From a virus (taxonomy: Duplodnaviria > Caudoviricetes): DNA of 61,244 nt. The stretch spans positions 1 through 61,244 of the IMG/VR virus record IMGVR_UViG_3300034170_000071; one strand, 5' to 3'. A program made the translations under genes and the position numbers. Positions 8,789-18,953 of this stretch are shown here, in pieces (position 1 is the stretch's first letter; each line of letters begins with the position of its first letter). The notes below the pieces were generated by a model, which saw only the letters and a program-made list of their open reading frames with translations, did no database searches and had not been told where the DNA came from.

Positions 8789-8930
8789 CCCCATGACGTT
8801 CGTCGGAACTCCGGTGCCACCTACGAGGCCACTAGTTGACAGGCACAGGCACACTGTGCTAGGGCCAGACACGCCCCAGCAGCCCCGGCCCGCGTGCGTC
8901 TCCGGGCATAACTTCCGATATAGCGTAACC

Positions 8931-8959
8931 TTGTCTAAGTCGTTGATTTTCAGTACAAT
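8931..8959 (+). promoter_or_regulatory. host sigma70-type promoter overlapping an IHF-consensus site
   Basis: TTGTCT-17 nt-TACAAT; TAAGTCGTTGATT (8936-8948) matches the IHF consensus YAANNNNTTGATW. Confidence 0.5.
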
Positions 8960-9063
8960 AGGTCGCTTGGGCGGCGTCGTCCAAGGCTTGACACTAACGG
9001 AATATGGGAAGTTTCATTTCCCTACAGTCCATGCATACAACCAGCAATTTGAAGGATCGGTAT

Positions 9064-9537
9064 ATGGATATCGACTATCAGACATTCATGGCGGGGGATT
9101 TTTCTTGCCTGCATGTAATGTCTAACGGATGCGCAGATTCAATCGGTTTTATTGCAGACCACATCCCACGCAAAGACAGTGTGATTGTGGTGGCGTCTCA
9201 TAAGAATAGTGAGTCGTCGGAAAAGGAACTGGCCGGGTACATCATGGCTACCGCAAACAACGAAAGCATTTACGTTCATAACGTTTTGGTGCTGGATAAG
9301 TTCCAACGCAAGGGCATTGCGTTGAAGCTACTGACGGAAATCGAAAAACTGATTTGGGAAGGCACAGCGTCATACCCGATTACGCTTTTCACAGGCGAGA
9401 AAAACGAAGCAGCAATGAATTGTTATGCGAAGGCAGGGTTTTCTATTGTCCTACGCGTTTCGAATTGCTGTGACTCCGGCGATGCACGAATAGCTCTGCG
9501 TAAAGACAGCAGCGTCGGCAGTCGTCGGTCGTCTTAA
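9064..9537 (+). CDS. GNAT (RimI-like) acetyltransferase
   Basis: V...FQRKGIA.KLL acetyl-CoA loop, NEAAMNCYAKAGF; RBS GAAGGA favours ATG 9064. Confidence 0.85.
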   Translation: MDIDYQTFMAGDFSCLHVMSNGCADSIGFIADHIPRKDSVIVVASHKNSESSEKELAGYIMATANNESIYVHNVLVLDKFQRKGIALKLLTEIEKLIWEGTASYPITLFTGEKNEAAMNCYAKAGFSIVLRVSNCCDSGDARIALRKDSSVGSRRSS

Positions 9538-9555
9538 AAAGTGGTAGGAGCGAAT

Positions 9556-9572
9556 GGTAATTTTATATTACC
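9556..9572 (+). promoter_or_regulatory. candidate late promoter motif GGTAATTTTATA
   Basis: Identical 12-mer in the intergenic gap at 40456; here it is also an inverted repeat GGTAAT..ATTACC. Confidence 0.45.
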
Positions 9573-9620
9573 GGGGCAGTATCTAGGCCCATGCTACGTC
9601 TATAAACGGGGATTTACATA

Positions 9621-10913
9621 GTGGCTCATTCCAAATTCGATGACCTGATCAAAGCGCTGAATTTCTTTGAACAAGGCATGGCAGAAAACACGCTTACCAG
9701 AAAGTCCGATATCATCAAACGGCTTGAAGAAATTTCTAACCAAGCCACTATCCTGCTGAATCAGGGTAGCCTTCCTATGGGCAGCAAATCGACGCTTCTG
9801 AAGATCCGGAAACTGGTCAAAGAAACCGCCGAAGGTCTGCGCACGGATGTGTTCAGTTCCTTGGGACCGATCCGTCGTATTTCCCGCGACCATTTGGGCA
9901 CGCTCCACACTGCATTAACTTTGCAGCTTGGCGGCGGTTTGAATGCCGATGAGAAAACCCAAATCCGCGAAAACTATTCTTCGGATGAAGACACCACCAC
10001 CGAAATCGAACGGCTCGTTGCAGCCTTTGATCCGGGTTCGTTGCAGATTAGCGGTATCAAACGCAATCACGAAGACGCACTCAACGACGTGGCTTCATTT
10101 CTCGACCAGAATTTTACCCTTTCGCAACTCCGCTCTATCCAACCCTATACCGGTGCCGTTACACAGGACGGCCAGCCAGTCAAAAACCCTGACTGCGTTT
10201 GGAATGACCTCACGTATTCCGAAGTTTTGGCTGCATCTGAAAACACGCCGAAAGGCAAAACCAAATTGGCCGCGCTCAAGCGTGAACTGGTCAAGAAACA
10301 CGATGATGATTTGGCGTCTCTTTCCGAGTCGTACAAAGAACTGTCGCGCCGTTTGCCTCGCACCCTGAAACATCCTTTCGCCCCGATCTACTATCCCGTT
10401 GTACCCGTCTTTCAGGACATTGGCGTTTACAAAAACCCAACCCGTTTGGAAAATGCCGGTTTGAAAGTGACCCGCGTAGGTGATCACTTTATCGTTCTGG
10501 AAAACCAATTGCTGTTGTGTATCGACCTCGACCGCATTGGCGTTAAAGATTCGATTCGACTGACCCGCGACGGCCAGAAGATGAAAACTGTAAATAATAA
10601 CAATGAACTCGAAGCAAAGATCCGTGAGATTGTTGCACACATTAACGAGACAGCACGCCATTCGGGCACGGCGTTCGCGGTTGCTTCTGATACCGTTGTG
10701 CGTAACCCGAACAATAAACGTATTGCGCTCATTTGGTTGATTGAAGAGAAAGTGCGCAAGAAGCTCGCGAACACATTGTCCAACACCAAAGTTCAATGGG
10801 ATATTCCACGCCACATGAACGAAGCACCAAAATTGACCCACGGTAAAACCCCCGAGGCTACGCAAAAGTTGATTGAAGCGTCGATCCTCAAACACCATGG
10901 CGTCAAGCAGTGA
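9621..10913 (+). CDS. hypothetical protein
   Basis: 430-aa ORF, no recognised motif. Confidence 0.8.
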   Translation: MAHSKFDDLIKALNFFEQGMAENTLTRKSDIIKRLEEISNQATILLNQGSLPMGSKSTLLKIRKLVKETAEGLRTDVFSSLGPIRRISRDHLGTLHTALTLQLGGGLNADEKTQIRENYSSDEDTTTEIERLVAAFDPGSLQISGIKRNHEDALNDVASFLDQNFTLSQLRSIQPYTGAVTQDGQPVKNPDCVWNDLTYSEVLAASENTPKGKTKLAALKRELVKKHDDDLASLSESYKELSRRLPRTLKHPFAPIYYPVVPVFQDIGVYKNPTRLENAGLKVTRVGDHFIVLENQLLLCIDLDRIGVKDSIRLTRDGQKMKTVNNNNELEAKIREIVAHINETARHSGTAFAVASDTVVRNPNNKRIALIWLIEEKVRKKLANTLSNTKVQWDIPRHMNEAPKLTHGKTPEATQKLIEASILKHHGVKQ

Positions 10914-11419
10914 CAGAAAAGTACAGTGAGGGAGATTGCACGATTTGCGAGAAGTACCAGTCGTTACTGCACTGGCACCACACAATTCCGCAATCAATGG
11001 GCGGTAAAAATAGCCTGCAAATTCCCTTATGTGCCCAATGTCACAACCTTCTGCACGCGCACGCTTTGTCTATCGTGTGCAGGATAAAAACAGGTCGTGC
11101 TAACCAGAAAAAATACTGGGCAACACCGACCATGGAACACAATGCGGGCCAGTGGTTAAAAATACTGGCAGAGGCGATATTGTCTGACGAAGCTGTGGTG
11201 GGTAAACAGTACGTCATGCAATTCAAAGCGTCCCCCGCGTTGCACACAGCACTGCAACTGTTCAAATCGGACAGCAACGTATCGTCGCTAGAGAAAGCGA
11301 TGGTGCTAGCACTTAGTGAACTTTTAAGAAATAGGGGCTATCTGGATAATGAGCGTTCAATCAGGGATCAAAGCACGGGTAACAAAGGCACTTCGAGAAG
11401 TAAGCCCGACCTGTGGTGA
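10910..11419 (+). CDS. HNH endonuclease
   Basis: CTIC...HWHHTIPQSMGG.N....LCAQCHNLLH. Confidence 0.85.
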   Translation: MTEKYSEGDCTICEKYQSLLHWHHTIPQSMGGKNSLQIPLCAQCHNLLHAHALSIVCRIKTGRANQKKYWATPTMEHNAGQWLKILAEAILSDEAVVGKQYVMQFKASPALHTALQLFKSDSNVSSLEKAMVLALSELLRNRGYLDNERSIRDQSTGNKGTSRSKPDLW

Positions 11420-12311
11420 TTGTAGCGGCCTACAAGACGACGTATTAGTCGAGGGGAATACGGTTCCCTGTGGCGTAGTTCCGAAAGGGAACTTGACCAA
11501 GAAAAATACGACGGAAAAAGGGAACGTATCGGCTAAAGAGTCCGCGAAAAACCGCGAACCAAAAACCGAGGCGTCTAGCACTTGTCCAAAGTTTTCGCCA
11601 AACACTCGCCCTGTCGGGGCGCTAGGCGATAGCAAGATTGCAGAACTCGCAAACCTGATCGGTAGCATTGACGCCAAGGCATTACGTGCCCTCGGCGTTT
11701 TGATGTTTAACGAACCAGCAACCCGCGATCAAGGCATGGTTTTCATGCAGAAAGTTTATGTGCGTTTTCGCGGCGCATCGAATCGCAATTACATTTCCAA
11801 TTTCATGCAAGCCTACGTGATGTACGCAACCTCGCAACAGTACAAACTAATGAGCGCCGATGGCCGCTGTGTCCTGACCTACGGGCCGCACTGCCGACCG
11901 GTGATTCATACCGAAGCCGAATTTAAACCCATGCATGACAGCATGATGGCTGCGGGTAAATTGCTCGACCCTGACGCGACAACTTTGATTTCTCGGCGCT
12001 GGCGCCATGAAGAGGAATTCAATCTAGGGATTTCGGATATTGCCGACAAAATGGCGAAAGACGGAATCGGTGTTTCTACGATTGACGATGTGTTCTCTTC
12101 AAACGGTGTGCGTAAAGGCCGCTCCAAGGGCCTGCCGGATCTTATTACGCTGGTGGCTGATGCTGCTGCCGGGTACGACGTGGACGGTCAAGCCGCAAAC
12201 TTTATGGAGCGTGATGTTAAGCGCGACAAAGGTAGCGAAGACGACGACGCGCCGAAGAAAAAACGTGGGTCAGCAGTTAAAGTTCGTAACGTTCGCGGGG
12301 GTGGGGAATAA
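11349..12311 (+). CDS. hypothetical protein with N-terminal Cys cluster
   Basis: CGDC..PC..TCPKF; ends in an acidic/basic EDDDAPKKKRG tail. Confidence 0.75.
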   Translation: MSVQSGIKARVTKALREVSPTCGDCSGLQDDVLVEGNTVPCGVVPKGNLTKKNTTEKGNVSAKESAKNREPKTEASSTCPKFSPNTRPVGALGDSKIAELANLIGSIDAKALRALGVLMFNEPATRDQGMVFMQKVYVRFRGASNRNYISNFMQAYVMYATSQQYKLMSADGRCVLTYGPHCRPVIHTEAEFKPMHDSMMAAGKLLDPDATTLISRRWRHEEEFNLGISDIADKMAKDGIGVSTIDDVFSSNGVRKGRSKGLPDLITLVADAAAGYDVDGQAANFMERDVKRDKGSEDDDAPKKKRGSAVKVRNVRGGGE

Positions 12312-13417
12312 TGCTGGGTAAATACATCACTCAAATCGGAATTGATCCTCAGTCCCACGACGGACAGCGTTTGATCGAGGAATGTATTCTCTGTTTGTCC
12401 GGCGTTAATACTGCTTTTGATTTTCAGCGCAACGTCAAAACCATCGACCTGACCCCTACAGGTATGAGCGGAAAAGATGTGCGCCTTGGCCTCATGGGCA
12501 AATGCTACCTCACGGTGAACGTGAAATATGCGGCGCTGTTTCTCGCGCTTGTTCCAAACAACGCAGATGCATACGTGAAGCTGCAAGCGTATTTGAACGC
12601 CGAAGACATTGCGATTTTCCGCAATTACTTTTCGCGACGTTCGTTCAAATCTAACATGAAAGAATACGCGATTGGCCGTGGCCTGTGCGCTCGCGACGTT
12701 ACCATTCAAGCGATGCGCCAGGACAAGAAAGCATTCGACGACCTGCTGCAAAAAGCAACCCGCCACATCAAATCCCGTGTGCGGAAACGTTTGGGTTTCG
12801 TTGTGAAAGCCGACAACAACACCGACAAAGATTTCAGCGGTGATCTGACGTGCAAAGTGCTGCGCGCCTACCACTCGCTGATACCGACAAAGCAGCCTGA
12901 AGCCTACGTCGTCAACTACCTGCGCCGCTCGGCCTCTAACGAGACTGTGAACCTGATCGAGAAGCACACGACCGGCAAGCGCGGGCGTATGGTGGCTACT
13001 GGTGACGACGGCTACGGCGGCCAGAACTACGAAGTTATTTGTCGGTCGGAAAACCAGACCCACAAGGGCGAAGACGGCGAGTCGGAATTCGACATGCTCA
13101 TGGGTACTCAAATCGAGGACTCGACGCCCACGATTGAATCGTCAATTTTGATGAGCCGTTTGTACGGTAAATTCAAAGGCCGCAAACTAAAGATTCTCGA
13201 AATCCTTAGCGGCCAGAACGACGATGGTTTTACTCGGTTCCTGAAACGCAAAAATAAACTCGGTCGGGGTGTTGATCATACCGACTACCAACGCCGCGTG
13301 GCGCCACAAACGTTCCTGAATACACTCGCTGAATATGTCGGCGTTTACCGGGAAGCCTTCATGAAGTTTGTGCAATACATCGGTGGTGTACTTACTGCAC
13401 ACAAGGAGTTCGCTTAA
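12311..13417 (+). CDS. second sigma-factor-like transcription protein
   Basis: KDFSGDLTCKVLRAY...YVVNYLRRSASNETVNLIEKH resembles sigma region 2; RKLKILEIL...TLAEYVGV resembles a region 4 HTH. Confidence 0.5.
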   Translation: MLGKYITQIGIDPQSHDGQRLIEECILCLSGVNTAFDFQRNVKTIDLTPTGMSGKDVRLGLMGKCYLTVNVKYAALFLALVPNNADAYVKLQAYLNAEDIAIFRNYFSRRSFKSNMKEYAIGRGLCARDVTIQAMRQDKKAFDDLLQKATRHIKSRVRKRLGFVVKADNNTDKDFSGDLTCKVLRAYHSLIPTKQPEAYVVNYLRRSASNETVNLIEKHTTGKRGRMVATGDDGYGGQNYEVICRSENQTHKGEDGESEFDMLMGTQIEDSTPTIESSILMSRLYGKFKGRKLKILEILSGQNDDGFTRFLKRKNKLGRGVDHTDYQRRVAPQTFLNTLAEYVGVYREAFMKFVQYIGGVLTAHKEFA

Positions 13418-13770
13418 TGGATGTGAAAGTCCACCTCAAGGACATGGAAGCAGACGCTCTGACCCTGTGGAAAGTGGATGCGCCGATTACCTACAAGCGC
13501 CAGATTATGAAAGAGCTGTATAACTTAATCCGGCTGCAACCAAACCAGACTGACGTGCGCCTTTTTAATGATCTGAAGCGCACGTGCTACAACGTGACTC
13601 GCGTCGAGTTTGACTGTGCATTGGCTAGCCTGAAATATTTCGATGTGATCGGGATTCATCCCGTACCACTGGCCGAGGGCGATGTTTTCCACGTCAACCG
13701 TAAGCGTCGCAGTGTCCCGCTTTGGAGAAAATACTTAAAACAACTGGGGGCCATCCCCGTGGCGTCGTAG
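13417..13770 (+). CDS. hypothetical protein
   Basis: RBS AAGGAG, TAATG overlap. Confidence 0.75.
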   Translation: MDVKVHLKDMEADALTLWKVDAPITYKRQIMKELYNLIRLQPNQTDVRLFNDLKRTCYNVTRVEFDCALASLKYFDVIGIHPVPLAEGDVFHVNRKRRSVPLWRKYLKQLGAIPVAS

Positions 13771-13780
13771 TAGGTAAACC

Positions 13781-15298
13781 ATGCAGATTCACAGTCAAAC
13801 CGCTGAACTCCGGGCGTTGCTAACCGTAACGACCAAAAAGATGAACGAAGAGAAGCGAACACTGTGGCTCGGCAAACTCAATAAAGATCATTTCCACACG
13901 CCGGTGATGCGACAAGCCTTCGAGCGAATCACATCACTGGCCCGGAAACGTTTCCAAATCGTAAGCTGGAAAAGTCTGGTAGAAGACCCCAGCCTCGACG
14001 AAGACATTCGCGATATCTTGGCGGAAACCAAGGAAAAGCCTTGCGTCAAGAAATCGCAGATGCGGGAGACGTTCGAGACTCTTGAAGAGTTCCGAAAAAT
14101 TCGAGTCATGCGGGACGTTGCGAATCTCATTTACGAATCGCTAGAGGGCACGGCAGTTGATGCCGACAACCTTCTGACCCACGTCCAGCAGAACATTACG
14201 AAAGCCACCGCCGCCAAACACCAAGACGTTTCTTTTCTGCGCTTTGGTAAGGACGCGAACAGTAAAGACGTAACCGACCGGATTTGTCGTAACGAAACCA
14301 TGCCCCGGATTAAAACGGGCATGACTGCATACGACATTTCCAACGGTGGTTTCCCGGATTCTGGTGTGGTGTTTTTGGCCGCGACAACTTCCGGTGGTAA
14401 ATCGACAGTCGCGATGAATATCGCACTGCACATGTTTTTGAATGAGCGCCTAAGCGTATTCCGTGTTTCCCTCGAAATGCAGGACATTCAAGAAACACAG
14501 CGGATGTATTCCCACCTGACGGGTATCCCGCTCAAACGGTTCAAGCATGCTATCTTGACCGAGGAAGACAAACGCAAAATTCGCAAGGTAGAAAAGAACC
14601 TCGCGAAGCACGGCGAAAAGTTCGGAATTCACCAGACGATTCACTGCCCGAAAGGCGGTTTGTCTATGGAAGAAACTCTGCAACTCGCGAAGCCGTTCGG
14701 CTACAAAGTAATCGTGATCGACTACATCGGTTTGCTCAACGAAGACAGTGGCAAAGATCAGTGGAAATCACTGATGGATGCTGCGCGTATCGCGAAGAAC
14801 TACACGCAAGAAACCGGCGCCCTCGTTATCCTGCTGGCACAGTTGGATGATGAAAAAGAAAGCATGCGTTATTCCAAAGGTATGAAGGAACACGCGGATA
14901 CGGTTATCCAGTGGAACTACACACGACCGGAACAACGTGAAGTGCGCCTGATTCCAATGTTCGTATCGAAAGATCGGGACGGCGAATCTAACTTCGGCTA
15001 TGACCTAGAAGAGCGGTTCGACATTATGACCGTCTTTAACCCCGGCCAGCAGAACGGCGGCACGGGCGGAGGAAACCTTGAGTTTGAAGAAGACGACAAG
15101 CCGAAAAAGAAAAAGCTCGGAGACGGGAAAAAGAAACTTAAATCCAAGTCAAAAGACTCCGACGAAGAAAAGCCCAAAAAGCTCAAGAAGAAAGGAACCA
15201 AGTCCCTCAAAGAAGAACTCAACCCAAGTAAAAAGAAAAAACCTAAATCCGGAACCAAACTTATCCGGTATGACGATGGGCCTGCCGCGCTCTCTTGA
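13781..15298 (+). CDS. dnaB: DnaB-family replicative helicase with Lys-rich C-terminal tail
   Basis: IKTG...D...GGF, Walker A AATTSGGKST, SLEM, VIVIDYIGLL, VILLAQL, KDRDG. Confidence 0.92.
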   Translation: MQIHSQTAELRALLTVTTKKMNEEKRTLWLGKLNKDHFHTPVMRQAFERITSLARKRFQIVSWKSLVEDPSLDEDIRDILAETKEKPCVKKSQMRETFETLEEFRKIRVMRDVANLIYESLEGTAVDADNLLTHVQQNITKATAAKHQDVSFLRFGKDANSKDVTDRICRNETMPRIKTGMTAYDISNGGFPDSGVVFLAATTSGGKSTVAMNIALHMFLNERLSVFRVSLEMQDIQETQRMYSHLTGIPLKRFKHAILTEEDKRKIRKVEKNLAKHGEKFGIHQTIHCPKGGLSMEETLQLAKPFGYKVIVIDYIGLLNEDSGKDQWKSLMDAARIAKNYTQETGALVILLAQLDDEKESMRYSKGMKEHADTVIQWNYTRPEQREVRLIPMFVSKDRDGESNFGYDLEERFDIMTVFNPGQQNGGTGGGNLEFEEDDKPKKKKLGDGKKKLKSKSKDSDEEKPKKLKKKGTKSLKEELNPSKKKKPKSGTKLIRYDDGPAALS

Positions 15299-16028
15299 TA
15301 AACTGACGCGCAGTGAACACATCGACATTGTTGCAGGCAATACTCGCGTGGGGCCTAACGACGTGTTTCCAACGAAACGCGTTTTCCGCGTCGAACATCT
15401 TCCGGTGCCTAACGGAACTTTCCGTGCAGACCCGACCATTCCGCCTTGGCGATATGCAAACGCATTAGCCATGGACGTTCCCCAAGATATTCCCCGCACC
15501 ATGCACGAAAATATCCACTACTACGACGACCGAGAATCCCCGCTCGCAATGAACGAGTTCGAGGTTCCCGATTCTGAATTAGTGGATTTCAACGCGGAAA
15601 CTTCGCGGGAACAGGATCGCTACAAAAAACTTTTCTATAAAAACGCTGCGTCTCTTAGTGCTTTGCACGATGCAGCGGAATACGTTGAGGCTGCTTTGAG
15701 TAGCGGCCTCGATATCGAACTCGACATGGATCTAGCGCTGCTTAACGCCTTTGTCCCGCTGTCCCGGCTTGATGCCCTCGCTACTATGGTGCGCGCCACA
15801 TCACTGACTGGTGCGCAACAAGAATCCTACGTTGAAAAACTAACTGCATTCCTTGCTGAAAAAACTGTCCACGCTCTCGATAAATACGATGCGGGTGTGG
15901 CTGCACGCAAGGGATTTGAACATGCTAAGGAACTTTATGCACGCGTACTCTCGAAAGAACAATCTGCGCAAAACCAAGCCGACGCACCGCAAACAATGTG
16001 GGGCGTTAGAGGAACACGCCGACAATGA
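15270..16028 (+). CDS. hypothetical protein (position suggests a possible small terminase subunit)
   Basis: Start probably ATG 15270/15276; ATGA-coupled to TerL; helical C-terminal half; function inferred from position only. Confidence 0.55.
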   Translation: MTMGLPRSLDKLTRSEHIDIVAGNTRVGPNDVFPTKRVFRVEHLPVPNGTFRADPTIPPWRYANALAMDVPQDIPRTMHENIHYYDDRESPLAMNEFEVPDSELVDFNAETSREQDRYKKLFYKNAASLSALHDAAEYVEAALSSGLDIELDMDLALLNAFVPLSRLDALATMVRATSLTGAQQESYVEKLTAFLAEKTVHALDKYDAGVAARKGFEHAKELYARVLSKEQSAQNQADAPQTMWGVRGTRRQ

Positions 16029-18925
16029 AAATGAAGAAAACGAAAGGGGGCTTATTAGTCCCGGATAAGCGCATTGTCGTGCAGCAAGAAAACCCGTTCG
16101 ATTACCTTCTGAATTTGAAGGAACACGGACGGGTGCCTGCCCACGACGATATCGAACACATGGGCAAATCCGCTGCATCCATGATCACCAGCTTGGACGT
16201 GGATTCAGAAATCAACATTTCGAAAACCATTCGTGAATTGATGGATTCGAAAGTTGTAATCCCGAAAGACATGAAAATCGACGACGGGGATTTGCCGACT
16301 GCGAAGAACTTTTACGAATGGGTCACACAAGACAAATTCGGAACCATCGGTGATGAGCGGCCCTTTCTTGAGCAGTTGATTTGGGGCCTGATCGGATTTA
16401 ACGATGTGTGTTATTCGTGTTCGGATATGCAGTGGCTGCTGCACGATCACAAAGTTGACGACACGTATAACAAACTTGAGCGTAAAGTCGCGATTCTGGA
16501 AGAGGGCGTGTGTCCTCACTGTAAGCGCGGGCGATCAGAGGCCGTTAACGCAGGCCTCATGCCGTATTACAACGAACTGGCAATCAACGCCGGTCAACGT
16601 TGCGTAGTCGGTAGCACGCCAGTCCTGACGCGCTGGGGCCTGCTGCATATTGACGAAACAAACCCCAATGCACCGTTAGGGTTTTCTGATTTCACGGTCT
16701 CCATTCACAACGGCACCAAATTCGAAACCACGTCGCAGTATTTTGTCGCTGAACCAGAATTGGTTTATTCGGTAAATACTGCACGTGGTTTCTGTGTTAC
16801 TGGCACAACTGATCACCCAATCGACACGGAATTTGGTTTCGTGAAAATTGGTGAGCTGGTGCCCAACACGCAACTGCAAATGCACTACGGCCAGCGTTGT
16901 TTCGGTCAAGGTGTGTTGCGTGATACTCGACAACTAGGCTGCAACTTTTTTAATACGGTTCTTCCTCTTAATATTCGCACAGCGTGTGAATCGGATGTAA
17001 TCGAATTTCTGCAAGGCCTCTTCCGCGAAGCGCGGCGCGTATTTGTGGGCACCAGTGCCCTTCGCGACGTTAGCGCACTTCTTCTGAATGCTGGTTATCC
17101 TCACTCGATTGACGGCCCAGCAATTCAACTCGAAACTGCCACGTTTGAGAATCTGAAAACGGATTCTTGGATCGCTGGCACATTTACCGATAGCATCACC
17201 GATGTAACAGAATTCGGTGTGATGCCAACCTACGATTTTACCCTTCCCGCAACCCACCAATTCATCACGGCGGGTTTCCTGTCGCACAACTCCGGCAAAT
17301 CTCACACCGTGGGCACGTATCTAGCGCCCTATCACCTTCACCGTTTGCTCAAGCTGCAAAAACCTGCGCAGTTCTACGGCCTGTCGCGTACCACGATGCT
17401 GCAAGGGACGTTCGCGGCCCTGACCTATACGCAGGCAAAGGACACTCTGTGGACGCCGTTCTATGGCGCGCTGATTGAGTCCAATTGGTTCAAGCAATAC
17501 CATGGCATGCTCAAGCACTACGAAAACGTTTACGGCGAACGTCTTTTCAAACTGACTGATACCTTCGTCGATTACCGTGTTCGTGGTTTGCAGTATCACC
17601 CGATGGGGCCTGACAAGCGGGTAATGCGTGGACGGACACGCGTATTTTTCTCGATAGATGAAATCGCTTACTTCGATGCCGAAAAGGATTCGGGGAAAGT
17701 GAAAATCAACGCCTACGAAGTTTACGACGCATTGGCGAACAGCTTGCTTACCGTGCGCGGTGCTGCTGACGCTTTGATCGGTCGTGGCTTCGACGACGTG
17801 CTGTCAGCCTACGCAATGAACGTGAGTTCTCCCACCGCAAAAAACGACATGATCCATGTGCTGCTGGAACGTGCAAAAGAATCCCAATCCATTTACGGGA
17901 TTCACCGGCCAACGTGGGAAGTAAACCCGAACTTCAAACGCGATTCCAAAGTAATTATTGATGCGTACCGCAAAGATCCGGAATCTGCTGAAAAGAACTT
18001 CGGCGCCAACCCACCGTTGATTGCAAACCCGTTCCTCGCGAACCACAAGTTCATTATGGATACGGAAGACACGTCGCGGAAAAACCCGATTCGTCTTGTT
18101 ACCAGATTCATTAACAGCAAGAAACTCGGCCAGTCGCAGATGTATGCGCAAATCGAGAAAATCAAGAAGAGTGGCCGCCCGTCCATTCTCGCAATCGACG
18201 CAGGCGAGAAAGACAACAGCTTTTCTATGTGTGGCGGTACTATCGACGAAGACTTTAATTTAAACGTAGACCTTGTGTGCGAAATCATTCCGTTGCCGGG
18301 ATACCGCATTAACTTCACAAAGGTTTATTCGGAAGTAATCCTGCCGATCATGCAAGCGCGTAACGTAAAAGTGCTGCTGGCTGACCGATGGAACTCCCGA
18401 ACGTTTTTGAGCGATGCTGAAAGCGATATGGGTAATCCGGACGATGATTCGGAAACGCCTAGCTTTATCGCCAAGCAATACAGTTTGAAATACGTGGACA
18501 TGGTGGGCGTGCGCACGCGGATGGAACAGGGCCAAGTCCGGTTGCCTAAATCGGAAATCAAAGTGAATTCTTTGATCGACGCACTGGATTCGAACTACCG
18601 CGATTTCTACCACGAAAAACCAATTGCTCACTTGTACAAACAGATGTTTACCATTCGCGACCAGCTTAAAGGCGTTGGTAAAGGCGATGGTTATACCGAT
18701 GATAACTGGCGCGCAATGGCCCTGCTTTTATGGGGCTTGATGGAAGAGGAATTCATGGCTCTGCTCATGGCGGAACCTATGGATATGACTCTAGCGCGCC
18801 CTAATGCGCTGGCTGCTTCGAAACTCGGTGCAGGCGGTGGCATGTCGGTCGGTAATGGTGGCGGGGGCCTGACCACACAAAACGGTGCGCCACTCATGGT
18901 TATGAGTTCTGGCCGTACCCGTTAA
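16025..18925 (+). CDS. terL: large terminase subunit containing an intein
   Basis: Spliced Walker A AGQR|SGKS, Walker B FSIDEIAYF, NVSSP coupling motif, RNase H-like ILAIDAG...LADRWNS...DD. Confidence 0.9.
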   Translation: MKMKKTKGGLLVPDKRIVVQQENPFDYLLNLKEHGRVPAHDDIEHMGKSAASMITSLDVDSEINISKTIRELMDSKVVIPKDMKIDDGDLPTAKNFYEWVTQDKFGTIGDERPFLEQLIWGLIGFNDVCYSCSDMQWLLHDHKVDDTYNKLERKVAILEEGVCPHCKRGRSEAVNAGLMPYYNELAINAGQRCVVGSTPVLTRWGLLHIDETNPNAPLGFSDFTVSIHNGTKFETTSQYFVAEPELVYSVNTARGFCVTGTTDHPIDTEFGFVKIGELVPNTQLQMHYGQRCFGQGVLRDTRQLGCNFFNTVLPLNIRTACESDVIEFLQGLFREARRVFVGTSALRDVSALLLNAGYPHSIDGPAIQLETATFENLKTDSWIAGTFTDSITDVTEFGVMPTYDFTLPATHQFITAGFLSHNSGKSHTVGTYLAPYHLHRLLKLQKPAQFYGLSRTTMLQGTFAALTYTQAKDTLWTPFYGALIESNWFKQYHGMLKHYENVYGERLFKLTDTFVDYRVRGLQYHPMGPDKRVMRGRTRVFFSIDEIAYFDAEKDSGKVKINAYEVYDALANSLLTVRGAADALIGRGFDDVLSAYAMNVSSPTAKNDMIHVLLERAKESQSIYGIHRPTWEVNPNFKRDSKVIIDAYRKDPESAEKNFGANPPLIANPFLANHKFIMDTEDTSRKNPIRLVTRFINSKKLGQSQMYAQIEKIKKSGRPSILAIDAGEKDNSFSMCGGTIDEDFNLNVDLVCEIIPLPGYRINFTKVYSEVILPIMQARNVKVLLADRWNSRTFLSDAESDMGNPDDDSETPSFIAKQYSLKYVDMVGVRTRMEQGQVRLPKSEIKVNSLIDALDSNYRDFYHEKPIAHLYKQMFTIRDQLKGVGKGDGYTDDNWRAMALLLWGLMEEEFMALLMAEPMDMTLARPNALAASKLGAGGGMSVGNGGGGLTTQNGAPLMVMSSGRTR
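16601..17290 (+). mobile_element. intein (230 aa) in TerL Walker A with a degenerate LAGLIDADG remnant
   Basis: Starts CVVGSTPV, block B GTTDHPI, ends TYDFTLPATHQFITAGFLSHN followed by Ser; EFLQGLF remnant. Confidence 0.92.
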
Positions 18926-18930
18926 AAAGG

Positions 18931-18953
18931 AGCGCTCCAATCGGGGCGCTTTC
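18931..18953 (+). terminator. intrinsic terminator after terL
   Basis: AGCGCTCC-AATC-GGGGCGCT-TTC. Confidence 0.6.

Noticed and set aside
8793-9125. 110-aa ORF in the intergenic gap
   Set aside because: No RBS, atypical composition, and it overlaps the GNAT gene and a plausible promoter
15078-15269. Programmed frameshift or long overlap between dnaB and the next ORF
   Set aside because: The open overlapping frame is explained by the A-rich Lys tail lacking stops; ATG 15270/15276 gives a normal short overlap and I saw no stimulatory structure
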